Of a stretch of DNA of 64,000 bases, positions 1-10,200 are shown piece after piece; positions within the stretch are counted from its first letter, which is position 1, and each line of letters opens with the position of its first letter. Origin of the DNA: a virus; IMG/VR virus record IMGVR_UViG_3300042691_044868, positions 6,965 through 70,964 of that record; one strand, 5' to 3'. The notes under the pieces were generated by a model, which was not told where the DNA came from, ran no database searches, and worked only from the letters and a program-made list of their open reading frames with translations. The translations under genes and the position numbers were made by a program.

Positions 1-92
1 GGTCCGCCTGTTTTGCAGTTAACCCAGCCTTTCCCTTTGTTACGCTTGAACCATCCATGCAGGCCATACTTTTTCTCCAGTTCGAAGCCCAT
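1..92 (-). CDS. small basic phage protein, 3' end outside window (MGFELEKKYGLHGWFKRNKGKGWVNCKTGG...)
   Basis: Translated by hand. ATG at 92 overlaps the TAA of the upstream ORF (TAATG). The L-x-x-W-F...W-V-x-C-K-T-G pattern recalls small conserved phage proteins. Confidence 0.7.
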   Translation of the reverse strand, partial: MGFELEKKYGLHGWFKRNKGKGWVNCKTGG

Positions 93-238
93 TACTTTTT
101 ACCCTTCCCCCAGTTGTCTGCTCCGACTTTACGGCATTTAACCAGCGCTCCGCTGGCATAGGCCGAGGGCCATACCCGGTATCTGGCTTTTACCTTTCGG
201 GTACATGCATCGTCCGCTTTTTTCTTTCCAAGGGGCAT
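92..238 (-). CDS. small basic protein, 48 aa (MPLGKKKADDACTRKVKARYRVWPSAYASGALVKCRKVGADNWGRVKK)
   Basis: Below the ORF-track cutoff, translated by hand. Carries the DAC..KVK.RY.VWPSAYASGALVKCRK.G..NWG motif known from aquatic phages. Fits exactly between its neighbours. Confidence 0.85.
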   Translation of the reverse strand: MPLGKKKADDACTRKVKARYRVWPSAYASGALVKCRKVGADNWGKGKK

Positions 239-239
239 A

Positions 240-434
240 TTATTTCTCCAGAATATCATCAACTCCGTCGTCGTCTTTATCCTTAAACGTACTTGGGTCT
301 CTTGTAAAAATTTTCTGAGCCAGAAGATACTTTTCCTCCGAACTCATCTCTTTCCAATCCATTTTTCGCCCCTTGGGGCGCCACATTAGGAGCACCAAAA
401 CGACCGCTGTAAAAAAGAATACCGGCCATAACAT
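240..434 (-). CDS. small membrane-anchored hypothetical protein
   Basis: N-terminal hydrophobic helix, acidic DxDDDGxDD tail, tight packing with neighbours. Confidence 0.7.
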   Translation of the reverse strand: MLWPVFFFTAVVLVLLMWRPKGRKMDWKEMSSEEKYLLAQKIFTRDPSTFKDKDDDGVDDILEK

Positions 435-727
435 TAGTATTTACCTTTCCGGCTGGACGGACTGGATTGAGTAGAGCCGCCTGGGCCAGCCCAGAGATGC
501 TTGCAAGCCCAGTAACGGGCGCTTAGCTTGCTCCCCGGATTGGCGCAGTTGTGGCGGGCCCGGAAGGATTTGCGCGCAGCGGCCGAGTAGTTGTGGCCGT
601 ATCCTTTGGCCCCAAAGTGTACGAGGCGTTCTTGTCCGTTCTCGCAAGCTTTGACCATTTTCTTTTTGCCCGGACGTGTGCTGGCCCGGGGTTGATTGCA
701 AGGCATGCTGGCTTTTCCTAGTGGCAT
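434..727 (-). CDS. small basic Cys/His protein (ARKSFRARHNC...SARYWAC motif)
   Basis: LVHFGAKGY and ARKSFRARHNC..KLSARYWACK patterns recur in phage and giant-virus hypothetical proteins. Confidence 0.85.
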   Translation of the reverse strand: MPLGKASMPCNQPRASTRPGKKKMVKACENGQERLVHFGAKGYGHNYSAAARKSFRARHNCANPGSKLSARYWACKHLWAGPGGSTQSSPSSRKGKY

Positions 728-730
728 AAA

Positions 731-1282
731 TTACTCCAATCTTCCGGCGAAACTCGATTCAACGAATCTTGGGTCCAGGCTCGGCAGATTGTCGAGGATG
801 TACTGGATGTCCTTGTTGATGCGACCAACACCGGATTTGTACTTCTTCAGGTTCTCAGTGAAATACCCACCGGAGTGAAGGCCGGTGACAAACTGGTCAA
901 TTGTCTTAGATCCAGGAACGTTTTTGTACCTGGGGTTGTCGCCAATAAATTTTGCATACTCTTCAAAAAAATTCTGGGGATTTTCAAAGGTCCTGAAGTT
1001 GCTCACCTCGGTCCTGCGGGTCGGGCCGTAACCTTCGGCTGACGCCATGGGTACGCTTGCCTGTCCGGCCCTGGCTTTGATGCCGGCAAGGTTTCCCTTT
1101 TTGGCCAGATCCGATTCACCCCACCCGGATTCGAAAGCCGTCTGGCTAAGAACAAAGCTGGGGTTGACCCGGAGTTTCTCAGCCGCGACCACGGCATTGG
1201 GAGCCTGATTGAGCACGTACTGAATCTTTTTGTCAGCTGCCGGCCCCAGTCTCTTTTTGATCTCAGCCAGTTTTTGGTCCAT
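731..1282 (-). CDS. GH73 (FlgJ-like) glucosaminidase/muramidase
   Basis: SQTAFESGWG with catalytic Glu, GNLAGIKA, FRTF, NPRY, and GGYFT in place of the usual YAT motif. Confidence 0.85.
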   Translation of the reverse strand: MDQKLAEIKKRLGPAADKKIQYVLNQAPNAVVAAEKLRVNPSFVLSQTAFESGWGESDLAKKGNLAGIKARAGQASVPMASAEGYGPTRRTEVSNFRTFENPQNFFEEYAKFIGDNPRYKNVPGSKTIDQFVTGLHSGGYFTENLKKYKSGVGRINKDIQYILDNLPSLDPRFVESSFAGRLE

Positions 1283-1296
1283 GGTCAGATCCTAGA

Positions 1297-4200
1297 TTAT
1301 TGGTTTTCCGGAAGCAACTCCGCCTGTTTTTCGACCAGGCGTTTGACCTGTGATTCAATCAGGGCCTTGCGTTTAATCGGGCGAAGAACCCGGGATACGA
1401 GTTCCTTGGCGACATTGGGGTCCTGGGTGTTGAGGATCGCGTCGAATACCTTCGGGTTGGACAGGACATTGACGATATCCGGTCCTGCCGCCGCCATCCA
1501 GTCGTACTTCTCTTCGGAGGAGAGGGTTTTGCCCAGGAACACGGCGTCGCTCATGGCCTTCTGGAACTGTTGGGGCGACATGCGTCCGGCGGCGTATTCA
1601 AGCTGGGCCTCCCTGACTGCCACGTCCGAGAGTTCGCTGGGGCTCCAGAGGATGCCCACGCGCTTGGCGGCAAGGAGGGCGAACACACGGGTTTCGGGAT
1701 CTTCCGAGTTGATGTCAGCGCCCAGCGAGAAGAACCGTTTGGCGATCGGGATACCGCGCAGGAGCGGAATCTTGACGGGGGTCCCGAGCATGGATAGGTC
1801 AGGACGAAGAACTTTTCCAATTGTCTTTCCAGCTTCTGGGGACACGGCTTCAGCCGCCTCGGGGATCGAGGCCGCAAACGGAATACTTCTCAGGAAAGAT
1901 CCGGTGATTCCGATCTTGGCCGGACGCCCAGCAGAACTTTGTCTAAACGCGTCAACAACATTCTCCAAGTCGCGAAGGGTGGCGTAACCAGGAACAACGA
2001 TTGTTCCCGCCAGATTGCCGACAAAGTCGGCCAACTCCTGGACCTTGCCTTGGGCTCCGGGCTGTCTGGGATACACCGCATTGAACACACGGCGCATTCC
2101 GTTCATAAAGGCCAGATCAACTATGCTGGAAGCAACCATCGGAATTGCACCCAAAGCCGCGGTCATCGTGGCTTCAGCCTCGCTACGTTTGGAGTAACGG
2201 CTGGCTTCCACAAATATGGCAACCGGCAACAGAAAACCGCTGACTCCGTACGGAAGAGATTCCCAGCTAATAAACTTGGGGGTACCATCAGCAAATCGTC
2301 CGATCTGAATGGATTTGGGTTTGGCCCCGGCGGCAGTCCATGCCTTGCGCTGGGCCGCATCTTCTGGGCCATTGTAATGCACCATAAACGCTGGGTCTTC
2401 TTCACGGTCCGGACCCCAAGCTCCGAAAGCCCGCAAGATGGCGAGCAATCCCATGGTTCCAATATGACCGATGATTACTTTTGCAAGCTGGATATTGAAA
2501 GCGTTGGTTCCCGGCTGCGCGGCCTGTCTGCGGTACTTGGAATTCTTTTCGGTAAACGTTCCGGATCCAACCAGAAGACGCTTGAGGCTCCAGGCTGGCA
2601 TCCAGTTAAGGGCCTCGTTGGTCAGACTGCTTGCCGTTTTCAAGAACTTGAAGATGGTGCGTAAAGTCCAATGACCGTTGGCAGCAAGGCGCTGGAGGCC
2701 AGCCATCAATTTTCCAAGTGAGCCCTCGAAGTCGTTGGTATAAGTTGCACGACGGGCAAATTCCGTGGACATCTCGGTGATGCGTTGGCCGTCTTCGTCG
2801 CGGCCCTGCTCAAGAATTTCTTCGATTCTCGCAAGTTTCTGAGAGGCATTTAAACCAAAGGTCTTAGCTTCCACTTCGGCTTGGGCGATAGCCCTCTCGC
2901 GGGCTTCCGGGGTGTAATTCAAAAGGCGTATGACTTCGGCATCCACATCGGCCTGCTCGGTGTATCGGGTAGTGGCAATACGATAAGCCTCGGCAATCTC
3001 CATGGCCTTCTTTGCCCCCATCTTGTTGAAAGCGTCGCCCATGGCCATGCCCTGACTGACCCACACGGCGGGGGTGAGGGCCGCGTTCATCACATTGCCG
3101 GTCACCGTATTGGGGTTCAGGGAAATAGTCATGCTCTGCCCCAACGGGAGGCTGATTTCCTGATAAGCGTCCTCGATAGGCAAACGACCTCGCTTGGCAT
3201 TTTCAAACTTTTTCTTCATCGCCTGGAAGGTATTGACTGTGGAGAAATTGTTGGCAACGGTCATATCTGCCGCAGCCGACAAGTCACCTTTGCGAACAAT
3301 ATTCAAGGCTGTCCAAGCCTCTCCTGTCCCGCCAAGCCACTTGGGAAGTGCCACTTGGAACAGGCGGGCAAATCCACGGAATCCGCCACCAGTACCGGTC
3401 TTCTTGAACAGACCTTCGATGCTGTTCATCGAACTCATCAAAAACACATCCGTAGTCACCTGAAGTGTTCCTCCCCAGGTATTGATTCCGAGGGTGCTGA
3501 TCGAGGCCAGCAAGTTGAAGGTTTGCAGGTCGACGATCAAATCACCCCAGGCGATCGGGGCCGAAGTCTTGATGAACCCAAACAGATCATTGAGTCCGCG
3601 CATCCGGATACTGCCTTCCGGCATCTTGGCAATTTTCTTGATCTTAGCTTCGATCTCGGCTCGAACCTCCGGACTGACATCCGGCAGGCCGATGGAGTCG
3701 CGGATAACCTGGAAGACTGCGTCATTACGTAGGGCGCCGAGGTTGGCGGCATCCATCAAGCGCTGAAGAACACCGCGAATCTTTCGGGTTTTCCTTTCCT
3801 TGTTCTTTTCGTAGCGAGCCAGGATGTTAGCTAACTCCCTCTTCCGCTCCTGTTCGACCAGGGACTCCAGACTCTTGGACAGGAATCGGGTGATCTCCAG
3901 GCGCTTGGCCTCGGACAGATTAGTCTCCTTAAGAAGAAGATCGCGAAGTTTTCCGGTGAACGTGGAAATATCTCCGTCGCTTTGGCGGATCAGTTGGCGA
4001 ATGTTTACCGACTCCCCACCGATGGTGTTGAGCTTGGTCAACGCGGCTTTGAGCTGAGACTGGCTGACTGGGGCCTGCATGGATTTGTCGATCAGGTTCT
4101 CAAGCGTCTCGCGGACATCTTCCGGATAATTGTTAAGAAGTTTGTCCCGGGTCAAATCCCAGGCCCGTTGCACAACCTCGAAGTTCGAGATAAGCGCCTT

Positions 4201-7200
4201 GACGTTCTGGGCTGCCGACGGAGGAATTGGACGGGGAAACTTTTCCTTGAGCGCCGCCTGTTCCCGCATGGCGGGCTTGATGATGCGGGCCAAATAACGG
4301 AAAAACTCTTCTACCTTCGGCTCCTGCCCGCTACGAGCAGCTTCCCGGGCGAAAGCCTGGGATAGGATTTCGCCGATTGCGTCGGCCATATCCTTATCCG
4401 GGTCCAGCTTAACCTTGCCCCGTCCCCGCGTCTTTTTCTGTTCTTCCTGATAACCACGCTCAGCTTGCTCGACGGTCGGAGGCGTGAAGACCGGGGCATT
4501 GCCCATGTTCTGGGCTTCCATCTCAAGACGGTTCCTGACCACCAAAGCAGCCGCCGCGCCGTAGAGATCAATCTGGTTTTGGTTAAGACCCATCCGGGCG
4601 AGGTAGGCGTTGAGCACATTACGATCCTCGAAGATTGAATCGACCGCATTGGGATCAACGGCGTTGACTTCCATGATGTGGGCCAGGATGGCATCAGCCA
4701 GATCGTTGACCGCATTCTTGTCCACCGGGATTTCATCGTTAGGCCGTCCCGCCGGAGAAGCAGCCCCGATGCGGCGCTTGAACCGGTTGAGTGCATCCAC
4801 CACGGCAGGGTTACGGTTGGCCCGGTTGATGACGGCGATGAGTTCGGAAACCCGCGGCGAGGAAGGATCTTTCGGGGCAACTTCCTTGAGAGTCTTGAGA
4901 AGTTTGTTGACTCCGGGAAGCTCGGTCAGCTGACCGACAGCCCGGACGGTGGCGTCTTCCAAGGAGAGGCTGATTTCGTTTAGCTCGGGGAGGAAAGGTT
5001 CGACCTTAAATTCGGTTGCCTTGTTGAGAATCTTGTCAACCATCAACTGAAGACTGACAGGATTCCCAGCCACCTTTTCGAAGATCTTAAGATAATTGAG
5101 CGAACGTCCGGCTTCGCTTGCGTACTTCTTCATCAGGAACACGGAAAGATCGGCCATTTTCTCCTGGGCCGAAACATCCTCAAGTCCGTCGGCCTCAATC
5201 TGAGCCGACTGAGCCTGTAGGTCGGAAACAACCTGCATGGCGATCGCAACTTCCAGGGACATCGGAACGCTCAAGCGATCCGAAAGCAACAGATTCAGAC
5301 TTTCTTCCAGCCCATAAGTCTCGACAAATTGTCTGGCCTTCTGCTCGAGAACCTCCCTTGGCTGTTCCTGATACTCGGAATTTGCGCGCATGTAGTCCTG
5401 AAGCGATCCTTCGGGGGCCAGATCGGCCAACCGGTTAACGGCTTTGGAGTAGTTAATCTTCGGTCCAGATCCGGGGGCCGGAGCGTTGAGTTGAGAAACA
5501 CGGCGGAAATAGGAGGAATAAGCCGGGGACTTTTTGATGTCGTGGTAGAGAAGTCTCCATTCCTGTTCGGAATACAGCCTGCCCTCAAAAAGAACGGGCT
5601 GTCCTCCCCGGCCTTCGAAAAGCTTGATGACGGTTTTGACAAGCCCGTCATTGTTTGATTTCCCCGAGGAGTAGACAGGATCAGTGTTGGGCAGAGTGAG
5701 GGCAACCCGGAAGGTGGGTTTGATTTTGATCCCCCTCTGTTCTTTGGAAATACGATGGATGCGGGGATCGGGGCGGAACCTGAGGGTAAGAGGAACTGTC
5801 TCTCCTTTGGCATCAGTAATGATCGGGTCGGCTGGGGTGATCGCGGAAGGCAGAACAACCGCACCGGGCCAGTTGCGTCGGGCGCGCTCAAGCGCGTGCT
5901 GGAAGTTCAACCCGTTCATTCCGTCCACGAGCACATTCCCGTCGCTGAATTTCACAACAACCGTGATCTCTGTCTTGTAATCCACCTCTGCGTAATTTTT
6001 TAACTTGGACCCATCGGCCCGGTAACCGAGATAAATGTCGGGCGTCAGAACATAGCCTGTGTCGGGATAGGAACGGGCAAACTGCACCGCCACGTTTTCA
6101 AAAATCTTCCTCGCTTTGGCGGTCTCATTGGCGGCAACCGCTCCCATGTAGGCGGCATTGTCCAGCTCGGATACAAATAGCCCGCGGCTTCCCGGGGCGG
6201 CAACTTCAAGCCTGCGATCCTTGGTCAGGAATTCAAATTGTTTGCGGATAGCCCGTTCGAGTTCGAACCGCTGTTCGGACTCCAGAGCGTCCCTGAAGTT
6301 AACTTGTGCGTCATCGAGACGCTCCAGGCTGATCTTCCCTTCGGTAAAATTAGCAGGGATTACGCCAACCCGAACAAGGTTTTCGATCAGGTCGTTAAGC
6401 GGTATTTTACGGGTGTAAAGGATCAGGGGAACAGCCGTCGGTAGCGACTTCAGACCTTGATCAAAGGCTTCCTTGCTTTCAAAGGTAACTTCACCCTTAA
6501 GCGCGGCGTTTTGAGGGGAGGTCTTAAACGCGCTGTAAATCTTTCCGTTGATGAAGTTTCTCTTGGCGTACTCCGGAATCTGCGAGAACGGAACGTTTCC
6601 GAAGTCGGCGAATCCTTGAATCGTAAACTCGTCGTTCGTTGCCAAACCAAGCCTGACCAAATCAGCCTGAAGTTGCTGGACCGGGATCTTGGCGAGGGCG
6701 TCGATGACGGCCTGGAAGTCCCCGGCCTGGGCGATGTTGGCGAACAGAACCTCAGAACTGGACAGACTCAAGGGTACGGTTACATCTTCCGCACCTTCCG
6801 CAACCTGGGGTTTTCCAAGAACCGTGGCTCGCAAGACCATGGCCTTGTCGTAAAGGCTCTTCCATTCCAGGTATTCCGCATAAAACGGATCCATTGGGAG
6901 ACCGGTATAAACTCCGCCCCTGCTTTCTCCCAAAGATTCGAAGTCCGCCAGAATCCGCATCAACGAGGCAAACTTCCACTGATCGGACTCCACGTCATCG
7001 TTAGGGCCTGCCTGTTCAGAAACCCTGGCAAGCTCCTGGTTGATGAAATCCTTGAGAACCGTGTCTTGTCCATCGATGATGGCTTGAACTGGGCTTTCGA
7101 CCGGTTCCGCCCCTTCCTGGGTGGTGGGAGCGTCGGAAACAATAAGCAGGGCTTCTCTTGGAATGGCGATTCTCTGTTCTTCGGAAAGAGCCGTCCAGAT

Positions 7201-10200
7201 GTCCATGGCGGCGCTGTTGACGTCACGCAGACTTGTCCTTACCTCACCCATCACCTGTTCGGTGGCACCACGGAAAATGTCATACTCAATCTTGGTGATG
7301 ATTCCGTTGGACAAAGCCGCGTCGAGGGCAGTCAACCACGCATCAGTGTCAACGGTCCTGCCATCATCCATGGCTGCCCGGACACCGAACACGGACTGGT
7401 TGACGTCGAAATCCAAGTAAAGTTCAATCTGCCGGTGAAGGCGAAGATCGTATTTATCCTGATCGTTGAACGGACGGGCCTGGTTCGGTGAGACACCTTT
7501 AAAGGGTGCTTCGACCGGCGTCAGGTCGGAATTGAGATTTTGCAGGCTGGAAATAGTATTTTTCAGAACTTGGTCGACGATGTTTTCAACGTTGGCCAAT
7601 CCCACCAACTTGCCGTCTTTTTGCACAACCTTGAGGGCTTCCAATAAGGCGTTGAGCCAACGCATAATGGCTTCACGGATTCCAGCTTGTTTGGACTGAG
7701 AAGTTTGGTACACGCTGTTAACAAAGAGCGTAGTCCGGCGCTTAACGGCTTGTGCCGCTTCTCCGCTCAACCCCATCAGAAGTCCTTCTTCGGTGGTCAT
7801 TCCAAGGACTTTCAAGTCCACGAGCTGGCGAACATATTCAAGCGCGACGAGCTGTCTGTTGCCCGCCATGGCATTGACAAGTTTTTGAACACCAGGTGTG
7901 TCAAGCGACAGGCCTCGGTTGGCATAGTAAAGTGATGCCACCTGCTGACGAAGGGAGGCTGGCATGATCAATCCAAGCCGTTCGGCTTCCACGCCGGGAT
8001 CTTTTCCGTCAGCGCGTAGAATCTCAAAGCTCTTTATGTGGACAACTTCCTCGAAGGCCCCGAGCACAAGGAACGTTTCAATTTCCTCTGGTGTACGCAA
8101 GTTGTAAAAATCCAGCACAGAAGCGAGTTCGTCCGGATTGACAACAATGGTGTCCTCACCGTTTGCTGCTCCTGGGACTGCGAGCAGTGCATGCGGAGAG
8201 GTTGGGTCAATGACAATATTGTTTTTGAAGCTGGGGAACAGCCGCTTGACGATTGCCTTAAACTCATCAACTCGCGTCGTTGTGGCAGCGGGAGTCGACG
8301 AGGTCGGAGCGCTCGAGAAAGTCTGTTCTCCGGTAAAGAGCCTTGCAATCGCCGGACCGTCCTCGGCAGTAAGAGCTTGGCCACCACGGGAAACCACGGC
8401 CTGGCCGGGGCCAAACGCCACCGTAAACCCGAGAGCCTTGGCCCTGGCTTCGAGCGTGCCTGCCCGAGCGTCGGCATCGGGGCTCATTGTGTCGAACCGC
8501 ACCACGATTCCAGCGTCATTGCCGCTCTCAACCACCAGACCGGATTCGACCAGGCTCTCGACGATCGGCTTGGCAACAACATCAAGCTTAACCCCGTTGG
8601 CGTCCAGCAGTTCATTGGTCTGGGCAGCCGCGTCTTCCGGATCAATTAATTCCGTTACGGCGGACGAGTTATCCTGCTTGGGGGTTTCTTTACGAAGTTC
8701 CGTTTTGGGCTGCTCGGTGACTCCTGGTTCGCCTGGAAGTTGTTCTTTTACGTCAACAGAATCCTCTTTAATAACCACCCCGAATAACTCGTAAAAATTT
8801 AAAGCTGGGTGAGGTCCAATTTTATTTGTCGTACCCTCCTCGTAGGGACGTAAATCAAATTCTTTTGGTTTTAGACCAGTTCGGCTTCTCCAAGCAGCAA
8901 ACGTCTCGTCTTGAGTAGGTTTCCACCATTCCAAAGGTTTTTTCTCGAAATCTATAAAACTATTTTCTGCCGCTATCTCTAAGAATTTATCTACTTGATA
9001 TCCAGCAAAGCCCATTAATTTTAAAATAAAATTGGCATTCTCATCACCAAGAATTTGATTTGAAAAAAGACCATACTGTAAAATAATAGGATAACCATTT
9101 TCATTTACCTCTGCGGCAAGATCAATTATTTTATTTTGTAGTTTTTGAAACGGAGAAAGTTCCTGTGCGGCCTGGGCCTGACGGCTGAGGATCGGGGTGG
9201 AGTTAACATCAAGGGCGGAGAACCCCGCACCCATGACGGTTTCCAGATTGCGGAGGCGGCGGCTTAGGCGATCCAAGGCCCACTGATCGGCTTGGGTGTC
9301 TCCGATATAAAGTTTAACTGCCACGTCGCTGGCGGTGTCCAAACGGAAAATACGGTAAATAACCTGGACGATTTCGATTGCGGAAAGGGGAGGAGTAATG
9401 ATGTACATCGATCTGGGGCTGTCTCCAACCTTGTCGTCCATCTCGATACCGACTCCACCCTTGGAGGTTGTGGTGATAAGAAGTTGGGCATTCTGCTTGT
9501 TAAAGCTGTCGAGTGCCGTCGCATTGGTATCCGATTCTCCGTGATATTCGGCAAACACGATCGGGTTTTTGCCTTCCTTAACGCGTCTTTCGTTAATCGC
9601 ATTCAGTTTGGTCCGGACAATATCGGCGGTTGCGGACACGCTTAGAATATTTTCCCGGGTGACAACATTTTGAATATCAGACTCGTTGACCGAGTTGACG
9701 ACAAATACGACCTTCCTACCGCTGTCAATGTCCTTTTCCGCATTATCCAAGGCCAGATCGATTTTAAACTCCTCGACTGCGCGCCGTTGTTCCAGAATCA
9801 TGGAGCTCATCATCCGGCCGGTCAGATTTTCCAGACCGGTCTGTTCCTCGATAAACCGCACGCGCTCTTTGGCTTCCTCGGGCAACGTCACATCCACCCG
9901 GTTTACCTTCACACCTTCCAGGGAAAGGGATCGGGAGGAGAGATATCCATGTGCGGCCAGGTCTGCAATCAGCCTGTCGAGCATTTCGTCGGCTTGCTCC
10001 TGCGTATATTCCGGAGCCAACTCCCAGGTATATTTTGTCTTGCCTGCGCGGTAAACCTTGGTCATGCCAAGAGCCGTCATCAAATTGGCCTTTTTCTCGT
10101 CCAGCGATTTTCCGGGAATATTGTCCATCACACCAAGTCTTTGCAGGGAGAACAACTGGTCGGGCGTTTCGATAGGAGAACCGGACGCAAAAATCACCCG

